DNA from: Phoronis australis
Taxonomy: Eukaryota > Animalia > Phoronida
DNA length: 64,000 bases
Assembly (NCBI GenBank): GCA_002633005.1
Contig: NMRA01000349.1
Coordinates: 341,964 to 405,963 of the forward strand
Reading direction: 5' to 3'
Both the position numbers and the translations under genes were made by a program. Below are positions 52,601-58,885 of this stretch, piece by piece (within the stretch, counting starts at the first letter, position 1; each line of letters opens with the position of its first letter). The notes below the pieces were generated by a model. That model saw nothing but the letters and a program-made list of their open reading frames with translations. It ran no database searches and was not told the DNA's origin.

Positions 52601-55600
52601 GACCCTGTTAATGACAGATTGGTAAAAAGTCGATAGCCAAAGTCTTCAGGCTTTATACTTTCCAAAAATGCATAATTTTACTGAGTTAAATCAATAAGTT
52701 TGTAGATATTTTATTTACCTAAAAACAAGGTCTTGTCAATAAGGTCTTACTTAACGTCAAAAGGAGACTGCATTTTCGGAGACCCAAAAACCTTGTATTC
52801 AAGCTAAGACAAAACATTTTTGAGACTTTTAACCTTCCAAAAATGTCTCACATGAACATCATTCCAAGCATAATACAATAATTGTGAAGAACTCATCACC
52901 TTATTTATAAATTTGAATTGTTTTATTTCTGACAAACACAAAATCAAAGTACAACAAGATTCACCAATGAAACTCATTTGATGTTCCAGCATAATAGTCA
53001 CACTAACTGTGGCACTGTTGTGTTCCAGCATAATAGTCTTATTAACTGTGGCACTGTTGTGTTCCAGCATAATAGTCTTATTAACTGTGGCACTGTAGTG
53101 TTCCAGCATAATAGTCCCACTAACTGGCATTGTTGTTTTCCAACGTAATTGTCACACGAGCTGTGGCAGTGTCGCCACTCGACTGTAAATGAAGAGATTC
53201 AAGTTCGGACCAGATTAAGAAAGCGATGCTCATCATTAGTTAGTGGCTCAGCTAGACCTGTAGATGTGGTGTGGGTGGAGGGTGTTTGTTGTATGAACTA
53301 AAACACAGCTTATATATTTAATAGTTACAAGTCTGACCATTCAACATGAAACTGTCATTGTTAATGAATTGTTGTGCCTCTCTCCACTTTTCAAAACCTG
53401 TGTCCTTGTCACTTTTAATTCTCATATAGTGTATTTCAGATCACTTTCCAGTGTTGCGTGACACAATAAATGAACATGACTGTATCTTACAAATTTGTTA
53501 ATTTTCATTAAAACTTATCGGTAATGATTTCATAACCTGAAACATCTTTGATTGACAGGATCAAGTTTTATATTGATTTGTTGTTTTCATTTTGACATTT
53601 TCAACAAGTGGAATGCTGTTCTCTGTTCAGCACTAGTTAGCACACCTATGGTAGTGAAGGTCAGGCTGCACTAACTGAGAACAACAGCCATGTAAAATAT
53701 GTGCCAGTGAAGTTCAGATCCATTTTTCTGTACTTATCTTCATGTAGAAATCCGGTGTTCTCTCCATATGCATTCAAACATGGTGCTGCAGCCATGTTTG
53801 AAAAGCTTTGCGCCATGTTTAAAACTTGAGCCATGTTTGAAAAGCCAAATGATTAAAATTTTCTTCCAAAAGTGGTAATTTTTTGTTAAGTAGCAGTTAA
53901 AACGAAAGTGACATACCCAGCAAGTGAAAATAATGTATAGTTGTTTTGATGAATTAACAGAAAAGAAGATTACTACGCAAGGACATGTTACGCAATTTGC
54001 ACCTTGTTTGACTTTTCGTCATCAGAGAACAATGAATTCCTGTTGCCTTTTGCCACGGGCTCATTGTACAAACAACCTCATTGCAGAGACTTCAGAGACT
54101 GGGCCGGTTACTTGAGGGACAACAGGACACCATCAAACAAAGATTGCACGGACTGTTATCAGCTGAATCCCTCTACAGCCTGAACAAACTGTTGGAGGAC
54201 ACAAACATGGAGGACAGATTCAAAAACATTGACAATGACATACGCAGTGATTGTGAGTCGGGCTTTGAGGACAGTTGCACGACTTCAATGTCCAAGTCGT
54301 TGATCGATGACAGCGGATCACTACAGACGTCAACGGTGATGTCGAACTCTAACAGTAGCGATAACCTTAGGCTCGATCAACTGTCCACAGAGGTGTCCTC
54401 TGTTGCGGTGCAGTGGAGGTCGCTGAGGGGAGTACGCCAGTGTAGCTGTGCATCACCATTCGAGCACTTCACCAAAAAGGTATTTTATCAGTGCTGCCTT
54501 TCACAAGGGTGAATTGAGTGGTTGATTTTCCCAGGATAAGTAGCTGCTTATGTATATGAATATGTCTATCTCGATATGGCATGGAAAATATGTTGCAAAC
54601 ATTTTAAGTCTTGTCAACACGCCATCTGTTGGCCACATCACGTGACCTAATGAATTAAATCTGAGAAGATTTCTGCCCTCGACCGGTACTCGAACCCAGG
54701 ACCTTCAGACGCTCTAGCCACTGTGCCATTGGGACCACTGGTCAAACAAAGAAATCCAATGAGACTTAGTAGTGGGCATCTTACCCCTGGTCTCCAGTCA
54801 GTGTATATGAATATGTCAATCACAATATGGCATGCAAAATCTGTTGCAAATTTTTTAAGTCTTGTCGTGATTTGTTTTTCATTACCACATGTCATCTGGA
54901 ATTATGTATTTTCAAATTAACACTTTAATCTTGTCATTTAAACCCCCTCTCCATTTGACAGCTTCACTATCGAGAAATAATTTTTGAATTTTTGATCCAC
55001 TATTACCATAAAATAGGCATCAACAAACAGAAGTGATTTCTGGGAATAGTTGAGATCATTTTTTTATCGATGTTAGTATTGAAAATAAAAAGTAAAAAGT
55101 AAGTTATCGTTAGTTTTTTGAGGAAACGGTCTATAATATATCCTATAAAAGTTTCATGTCTCGCCCCTATGTTACCCTGCCTGGAGATAGTGCTATGTAG
55201 ATTGTGAGTTCATTTCGCATGATCATTTGTCGGAAGTATTGTTCTGTCTTCTGTTCCTGGTTTGTAGATCGACACGTTCTTAGATAGGGCTTAAATGTAA
55301 TGTATTGCGTTCATGTAACGGTCTCACACGTGTCCAGATTGGACATAAAGGTGTATTTGCATACTCCTAACTATGCTATTCTATAGCAGGAACTAAATGA
55401 CAATGTTCTTTGAACATCATCTACCCAAGACAAAGAGCAGTAATTTATATTCATTGACATCTTGTAAATGTGAAAACAAAAAATTCTACAAATAGGTGAC
55501 CTTCACACTTATGATGTACCTTGGGGGCTCACACAACCCACATCATGCAGTGTTATTTCCCAACACCACGTCATGATACTTATTGGACACGGTTGAGTGA

Positions 55601-56007
55601 TTTACGGCACAAAACTCCTTTTCAAAAACATTCGGCAATTTTCAACCTACTTATTCACATCGTTACTATATGTTGTGTTTCTAACTAATTTGACCAAGCA
55701 AACACAGAGATAAGGAATTAATGTGCAACTTTCTCTTTAAAGTTGAGTATTGTGTTCATTACAGTATGTGACTTCATGTTACGTTTACTGGACATTACAG
55801 TCGTACTTTGTTTTGATATTCCAGTACCACTGCTGGAAATGTGGCAATGTCTACTGTATGCGGTGTATAGACCGACACATTCCGCTGCCAGGACATTACT
55901 CCCAGAGACCTGTACCCGTCTGTAGGCCGTGTTATAAAGAGATCAAGCATTCACCGTCTACCAACAGTTTCCAGGCATTACTTGACCAGTCAGCTGCCCT
56001 GGACTAA
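4637..56007 (+). CDS. MTMR6: Myotubularin-related phosphoinositide 3-phosphatase, MTMR6/7/8 subfamily, with C-terminal FYVE finger. Spliced CDS join(4637..4660,18981..19097,28186..28348,41133..41287,43231..43356,44953..45087,46113..46245,47660..47769,48942..49064,49741..49994,50675..50809,51114..51240,54087..54479,55825..56007), 725 aa
   Basis: All 13 introns are GT-AG with compatible phases, and the total of 2178 nt is 726 codons including the stop. Diagnostic motifs are [76 protein letters not shown] and [16 protein letters not shown]6, 7 and 8 cannot be distinguished here; it is likely their single co-orthologue. Confidence 0.93.
4789..6292. mobile_element. Complete 1.5-kb non-autonomous hAT-like DNA transposon in intron 1
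   Basis: Terminal inverted repeats TAGGGAGGAC...GTCCTCCCTA, with the direct repeat GTCTAGG on both sides (4782-4788 and 6293-6299). No transposase ORF. A second copy lies at 1302-2619. The superfamily is inferred from the TAGGG termini. Confidence 0.8.
9499..9663. repeat. Dispersed repeat (copy at 62566-62730)
   Basis: CAGGACTTTGAGTGACGGC...GACACACCTTTGTTT...AAGCCGCCATTT...TTGCGATAGGTC is shared with 62566-62730 in the same orientation. Confidence 0.75.
13752..14148. repeat. Dispersed ~400-bp repeat, probable non-autonomous DNA element (copy at 55348-55740)
   Basis: Colinear with 55348-55740 (AAGGTGT.TTTGCAT.CTCCTAACTATGCTA ... CCCACATCATGCAGTGTTATT ... AAGGAATTA). Both copies end at TTAA. 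Confidence 0.75.
14831..15017. mobile_element. Small MITE-like element with internal GCTAGGACCTAT tandem units
   Basis: Imperfect ~30-bp terminal inverted repeats (CCAGG...GTTCAGTAAGGCTAGGACCT / AGGTCCTAGTGTTACTGAAC...CTGG) enclosing about 5 copies of an 11-12 bp unit. Confidence 0.55.
17230..17815 (-). mobile_element. Possible highly decayed non-LTR retrotransposon fragment
   Basis: A GC-richer, coding-like patch with broken frames. The minus-strand peptide LPSSHHRPF resembles the SDHxP end of APE endonucleases. Weak evidence. Confidence 0.25.
18981..19097 (+). CDS. MTMR6: MTMR6/7/8-like exon 2 (PH-GRAM, first part)
   Basis: tttccag|[39 protein letters not shown]|gtgagt; 117 nt, phase 0/0. 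Absent from the ORF track. Confidence 0.95.
21066..21402 (-). mobile_element. Penelope-like element 3' fragment (GIY-YIG endonuclease C-terminus), left arm
   Basis: The peptide [49 protein letters not shown] matches the H..GH...ILD.E..WF.R..KEA.......P.LN..GG motif of Penelope-type GIY-YIG domains. Confidence 0.8.
21490..21891 (+). mobile_element. Penelope-like element 3' fragment (GIY-YIG endonuclease C-terminus), right arm, inverted relative to 21066-21402
   Basis: [11 protein letters not shown]...[50 protein letters not shown], followed by a frameshift. Positions 21556-21891 are the reverse complement of the left arm. Confidence 0.8.
26872..27000. repeat. Dispersed repeat (copy at about 31960-32090) ending in a CTCF-like motif
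   Basis: Shared GCTTTCC.ATTA.G...TTTCTCATTGACT...GGATTAAACACCAGATGGCG. Confidence 0.55.
28186..28348 (+). CDS. MTMR6: MTMR6/7/8-like exon 3 (PH-GRAM, second part)
   Basis: ttttttacag|[54 protein letters not shown] g|gtgagt; 163 nt, phase 0/1. Confidence 0.95.
30051..30177. repeat. Dispersed repeat (copy at 53892-54016)
   Basis: Shared GACATACCCAGCAAGTGAAA...GAAGATTACTACGC...GCAATTTGC.CCTTGT.TGA. Confidence 0.7.
30410..30927. mobile_element. Tc1/mariner-type MITE
   Basis: Termini AGGGTGTCCCAAAAA ... TTTTAGAACACCCTG, with no coding capacity. Confidence 0.5.
32220..32490. repeat. Dispersed repeat family (related copies at about 41390-41600 and 52389-52505)
   Basis: Shared GAGGAGCTAT..AAAA(TAGGACTT)..ATGATTTTCGT.AAAAAT..GAAGTTGCA...AAAAATGAAA...CATTTTGA..TTTATA. 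Confidence 0.55.
33128..33668. mobile_element. Tc1/mariner-type MITE with tandemly triplicated left junction
   Basis: ta CAAGGTGTCCCAAAG (33260) ... GGCACCTTG ta (33665), preceded by two further ~55-65 bp units that each contain CAGGGTGTC(T/C)CAAAA. Confidence 0.5.
36303..36468 (+). CDS. Candidate alternative first coding exon of the myotubularin gene
   Basis: After an in-frame TAA (36288-36290), ATG 36303 (second ATG 36342) opens [55 protein letters not shown]+t. A consensus donor GTAAGT follows in phase 1, the phase exon 4 requires. Confidence 0.55.
37607..37914. repeat. 39-bp minisatellite, 8 copies (AGTAGTGATATGGTATTGAGGAATAACGCTGTTAGTGTT)
   Basis: Directly visible. The first four units are identical and the fifth is 6 bp shorter. 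Confidence 0.95.
38850..39323. mobile_element. Degenerate Helentron-associated (HINE/DINE-like) element related to 58237-58614
   Basis: Shares TCTG.GAAGTTCCTTGA.AGATTTT.ATGAAAT.TGGCA and TGCGCCATCTAGTGGCCATTTTT.TGATAC with the downstream copies, and ends in TCTTGT. Confidence 0.5.
41133..41287 (+). CDS. MTMR6: MTMR6/7/8-like exon 4
   Basis: cttttccag|(A)[51 protein letters not shown]|gtttgt; 155 nt, phase 1/0. Confidence 0.95.
42368..42536 (+). mobile_element. tRNA-derived SINE-like repeat bracketed by ~40-bp inverted repeats
   Basis: tRNA-like core GCTAGAGCATCTTCACGGTTAGCAGAAGGTCCTGAGTTCGAGTACC (B-box-like). Flanks are TTTAAGCCTTGTCTGCACGCCACCTGTTGGCCACATCAT and ATGATGTGGCCAACGGATGGCGTGCAGACCAGACTTAAA. 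A relative lies at 54601-54730. Confidence 0.6.
43231..43356 (+). CDS. MTMR6: MTMR6/7/8-like exon 5
   Basis: ttacag|[42 protein letters not shown]|gtgagg; 126 nt, phase 0/0. Confidence 0.96.
43842..44153. mobile_element. MITE with CAGG..CGGATCCAGG...GGGGGG / CCCCCC..AAATCCGCCACTG termini
   Basis: Imperfect terminal inverted repeats with G/C tracts. A similar element is nested inside the hAT-like copies (about 2170-2327). Confidence 0.6.
44176..44998 (+). repeat. Degenerate ~92-bp tandem units comprising the intron 5 acceptor and the first ~46 nt of exon 6
   Basis: For example, ATGTTCATTACAG|ACTGCTCCATGTCACAGCAGTAGTCAGCAACTGGCTGGCTTCAGTGACC (AG at 44275) versus the true ATGTTCATTTCAG|GCTGCTCTATGTCGTAGTAGTCAGCCACTGGCTGGATTCAGTGCCC. 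Further copies lie at about 44187, 44367 and 44885, with a ~400-bp unrelated interruption. Confidence 0.75.
44953..45087 (+). CDS. MTMR6: MTMR6/7/8-like exon 6
   Basis: tttcag|[45 protein letters not shown]|gtaggt; 135 nt, phase 0/0. Absent from the ORF track. Confidence 0.96.
45088..45163 (+). repeat. 17-bp tandem repeat (GTAGGTCATATCTAGAT, 4.5 copies) starting at the exon 6 donor GT
   Basis: Units start at 45088, 45105, 45122, 45139 and 45156. Confidence 0.95.
46113..46245 (+). CDS. MTMR6: MTMR6/7/8-like exon 7
   Basis: ggcag|[44 protein letters not shown] g|gtacgc; 133 nt, phase 0/1. Confidence 0.96.
47218..47285. repeat. Short hairpin-type repeat (inverted copy at about 56222-56290)
   Basis: The internal inverted repeat is TTTGAGAACCAGTTT...AAACTGGTTCTCAAA. 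Its reverse complement matches 56222-56290. Confidence 0.55.
47660..47769 (+). CDS. MTMR6: MTMR6/7/8-like exon 8
   Basis: tctctgcag|(V)[36 protein letters not shown]|gtaagc; 110 nt, phase 1/0. Confidence 0.96.
48104..48979 (+). repeat. 81-bp tandem array (11 units) made of the intron 8 acceptor plus the first ~38 nt of the catalytic exon
   Basis: Acceptor-equivalent positions are 48131, 48214, 48295, 48376, 48457, 48538, 48617, 48698, 48779, 48860 and 48941. The consensus is ACTATGCAGGAAGGCATCAGTGTTCATGTACACTGTTCAC-GTAGATTAGATCTCTAAGTAATGTGAACATGTTTATTCCAG. Confidence 0.95.
48942..49064 (+). CDS. MTMR6: MTMR6/7/8-like exon 9 (catalytic CX5R loop)
   Basis: ttccag|[41 protein letters not shown]|gtacta; 123 nt, phase 0/0. 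The myotubularin active-site motif HCSDGWDRT is intact. Confidence 0.97.
49741..49994 (+). CDS. MTMR6: MTMR6/7/8-like exon 10
   Basis: tttttcag|[18 protein letters not shown]...[13 protein letters not shown]...[12 protein letters not shown]...[18 protein letters not shown] ag|gtgact; 254 nt, phase 0/2. Confidence 0.97.
50675..50809 (+). CDS. MTMR6: MTMR6/7/8-like exon 11
   Basis: tttttttag|(R)[44 protein letters not shown] aa|gtaagc; 135 nt, phase 2/2. Confidence 0.95.
51114..51240 (+). CDS. MTMR6: MTMR6/7/8-like exon 12
   Basis: tgtgcag|(K)[42 protein letters not shown]|gtatgc; 127 nt, phase 2/0. Absent from the ORF track. Confidence 0.95.
52982..53170. repeat. 39-bp minisatellite, about 4-5 copies (TGTTCCAGCATAATAGTCTTATTAACTGTGGCACTGTTG)
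   Basis: Directly visible, decaying rightwards. Confidence 0.9.
54087..54479 (+). CDS. MTMR6: MTMR6/7/8-like exon 13 (coiled coil, Ser-rich linker, first part of FYVE)
   Basis: ttgcag|[20 protein letters not shown]...[26 protein letters not shown]|gtattt; 393 nt, phase 0/0. Confidence 0.88.
54601..54730 (-). mobile_element. tRNA-derived SINE-like repeat
   Basis: The minus strand reads TGGCACAGTGGCTAGAGCG (A-box-like) ... GGTCCTGGGTTCGAGTACC (B-box-like), then the same tail as 42368-42536. It is flanked by a ~64-bp direct repeat (54552-54615 and 54802-54865). Confidence 0.6.
55348..55740. repeat. Dispersed ~400-bp repeat (copy of 13752-14148)
   Basis: Colinear similarity with 13752-14148. 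Confidence 0.75.
55825..56007 (+). CDS. MTMR6: MTMR6/7/8-like exon 14 (rest of FYVE finger, stop codon)
   Basis: attccag|[60 protein letters not shown]; the Cys pairs complete a FYVE zinc finger. Confidence 0.92.
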   Translation, partial: YHCWKCGNVYCMRCIDRHIPLPGHYSQRPVPVCRPCYKEIKHSPSTNSFQALLDQSAALD

Positions 56008-56877
56008 CGGTGCTGTGTAATGGACAGTGGCCCTTGCTGGAGAACACGTGGTATTCAAGTGGGAGAGTTGATGGCGTTGTTGTTGTCCTCTCCCTACTGG
56101 TGTTGTTTACTACTGAATGTGCGGCGTTGGAGTTTATATCATTTTACTGAATGTGCGTGCATACGACTTTATGGGAAGCTGCATTCCAAACTTGACACTG
56201 GTCATTTACGGGGGGTTCCAGTTTTTGAGATTCTGTTTGATGCCGGTTATTCAGTTAAGGAAACTGGTTCTCAAAATCGGGGACCATTGTGACTGTTACA
56301 TCAAACTTAGATGCATCTGCGTTTGAAGTAAAACTCTTTAGGAGCAAGAGTTTATGGTAATTTGTGAGTGGAAGTTGACTTATCCGTTACACAATGTTGG
56401 CATGTTTTCAGTGAAGGATAGCCTTATTGAGACGTTCTAAGAATGGACAAAAGACATGAACTTGGGGTTTACGAAATGTCCATACACTAGACACCTGTCT
56501 GTGCCTGTTAATTAAGCATAGGCGCATGTGCCTATGGGCTAAACAATTTAGCAAAAAATTTATTGCATTATTTGTAATATAGACTCATGTATCTAAATAA
56601 GTCCCTATAGTGGTAGAGTATGTAAGTCAGTTAAGAACTGCTTGCTTAAAGTTATACAGTTGTATTCCGTGTGTGCTTCCCTGTGAGTCACCGTGAGCTT
56701 CTACACGCCTATGGCACAGGGTGTAGGTACATGGTCGGATGCCATCAGTGACCCCGTACTATTGAAGATGTTCTGTGTAGGCACCTCTTTCACGTTAAGT
56801 CTGTTAGAGATATGAATTTAATGCAGTCAAATGGCTTTGCAAAGTGCTTGGTTTGTGAAGATCACTCGTTTTGTACT

Positions 56878-56974
56878 GCCGTAACCAAATCAACATTTTC
56901 AGTACAGTGGCCACAGGTCTTGTAGTCTACAAGACCTGTGGCCACTGTACTGAAAATGTTGATTTGGTTACGGC
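56878..56974. repeat. Perfect palindrome: 48-bp arms, 1-nt spacer
   Basis: GCCGTAACCAAATCAACATTTTCAGTACAGTGGCCACAGGTCTTGTAG-T-CTACAAGACCTGTGGCCACTGTACTGAAAATGTTGATTTGGTTACGGC. Confidence 0.97.
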
Positions 56975-58236
56975 GAACTTCAGTTACAAAGAACGTTCTA
57001 GAAAAGTCCCCGGACGATTTGTTGTAATGCTATTCAACTAAACACATATGATGCGCAAAGTCATGTGGACAGTAAAGCTTGATTGTGTGCTTTTTACACC
57101 AGTTTGTTGGCTTTTCTGCTATGTAAATCTTGGCTACGTTAATTATAACCAATTACAAGGAAAATTGTAGATTTATATAGAGTCGCATAATTGCTGGCTA
57201 AATATTCCGATAGCTGATGATTACTGTACAATTACAAGGTTCTGTGATCTCGATTGGAAATTACTGTCATTGTGTGCGTGCTGTTGACTATGGTCAACTA
57301 GGCCTAACATCTGAAGTTTAGGGGCAAAGTGAGGGAAACTTTTTTCAGTCAGATGCTCGTTCACTCGCGAATGTGAAAATAATCAATATGGTGGATCAAA
57401 TGGAGAGACATAAATATGGTGGAGCAAATCAACGAACATAAGTATGTCGACTTGAATACGCATAGGTGCGGTGAGAGATGAGATTTCAATAACTGGGTCA
57501 GTTATTCTTATAGCTTCATTCCGCCAGTTTAGCGGAAAAAAGCACAAGCAGTCAGATGTCTTTTGTGGCATGCAGGCCACATAGTTAGGCGCATTGCACG
57601 AAAACACCTGAATTAAACTCATGAGAGCCCTGTTAACAGTCAACAGGTTCTTTGTAAGTCTGTCTTTACATGATGTTAGAAAATAGAATTTTCCACTTGT
57701 TGCTGTGCACACTATACGCTGTAGGCATGTATAGGTGCCATCCAGGTGTGTGCTCCGTAGCCTGTGAAAATACTTTAACAGGTGTTGTGGTATGTCAACG
57801 TTAGTACCTCACTCAGGGCACATTGGGCTACCCATATGCCCCATGATGTGCCTGTGTCAGCCTGGCTTGTTAAAATTTGAATGGCACGTCTTATGCTCAC
57901 TCAAGACTCGGGGGTTTTTCAACGTTTTGGTTTGATCATATTTGGAAAGTCCTCCTTGGTTTTTCTGTAGGAGTTATGTCCCTTGGGCTGCTGGCCGGGT
58001 ACATATCCAACTGCGTATTCTCAACCATAAGATAGCAGGATAGCAGATTCAGGTACGTTATGTAGAACAAAATAGGGTCCTAGTATCACAGTATGCCATA
58101 TTAGGACAATTTTATGAGAGTAAAATGTCCAGTCACATTTTAATTTTTAGCCACTAAACTGGGCGAAGTGCAGCATTATTATGCATATATAGCAAATATG
58201 ATGTAACATAATCATGAACATGTAATTTATTCAATA

Positions 58237-58614
58237 TTTATGCGCCCACATATTTATATGTGGACGCATTATGCCGTCATTTCCGTCCGTCTGTCCGGGC
58301 GACGTCCGTCCGGCGTCCGCTGCTCTATCTCCAAAACCCTTTGACTTACGTTCATGAAATTTGGCACATATGTTCCATTTATGAATGGGACGGCATGAGC
58401 GAAGTAGTGGCAATTTCATTTCATTCTGTTTTCCTTTGTTTCTGTGAAGTTCCTTGACAGATTTTTATGAAATATGGCATGTTCCTGTTTATGAATGGAT
58501 TGTATGTTTTTGCGCCATCTAGTGGCCATTTTTATGATACAAATAAATAACCCTAAAAGCACACCATTTGCAATGCATTCGTGGGCGCACTTCAATGCTC
58601 CGCGTTGCTCTTGT
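58237..58614 (+). mobile_element. Helentron-associated (HINE/DINE-1-like) non-autonomous element; duplicate at 60566-60943
   Basis: It has a 5' hairpin TGCGCCCACATAT..ATGTGGACGCA, a (CCGT)n-like microsatellite, a 3' subterminal inverted repeat GTGGGCGCA, a short 3' hairpin CAATGC-TCC-GCGTTG and a CTTGT end. This is the canonical HINE architecture. Confidence 0.7.
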
Positions 58615-58879
58615 GTTTCTATTAAGTTGTCGTCAGAGAAACTGCAGTCGACTTAATTGAAAAGAGAACCGTGAAATCGGGCATTGTGTTCAATGTCAAA
58701 CTAGACATTACTCAAGAAATAAGGCTATGAAATTATGCGCTAGAGATAAATGTACATTTGCTATAGATTACCCTAGAAACAAGGCTGTGATTTGTTCTCT
58801 TTATATCCATTCATCATTAGAAAATGGCGTGAAAGATGCTGTACATATCTGTATGAACCATTGGTGTTGTGAAATGTGC

Positions 58880-58885
58880 AATAAA
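58880..58885 (+). terminator. Candidate poly(A) signal AATAAA of the myotubularin mRNA (duplicate at about 61209)
   Basis: AATAAA followed by T-rich TTAGTTGTTATTTATTG. It would imply a ~2.9-kb 3' UTR. Other AATAAA hexamers exist, so this is uncertain. Confidence 0.3.

Noticed and set aside
52804-53130. 108-aa ORF with ([13 protein letters not shown])n
   Set aside because: Translation of a 39-bp minisatellite.
58231-58457. Identical small ORF pairs repeated at 60560-60786, suggesting duplicated genes
   Set aside because: They lie inside a HINE-like element within the probable allelic duplication.
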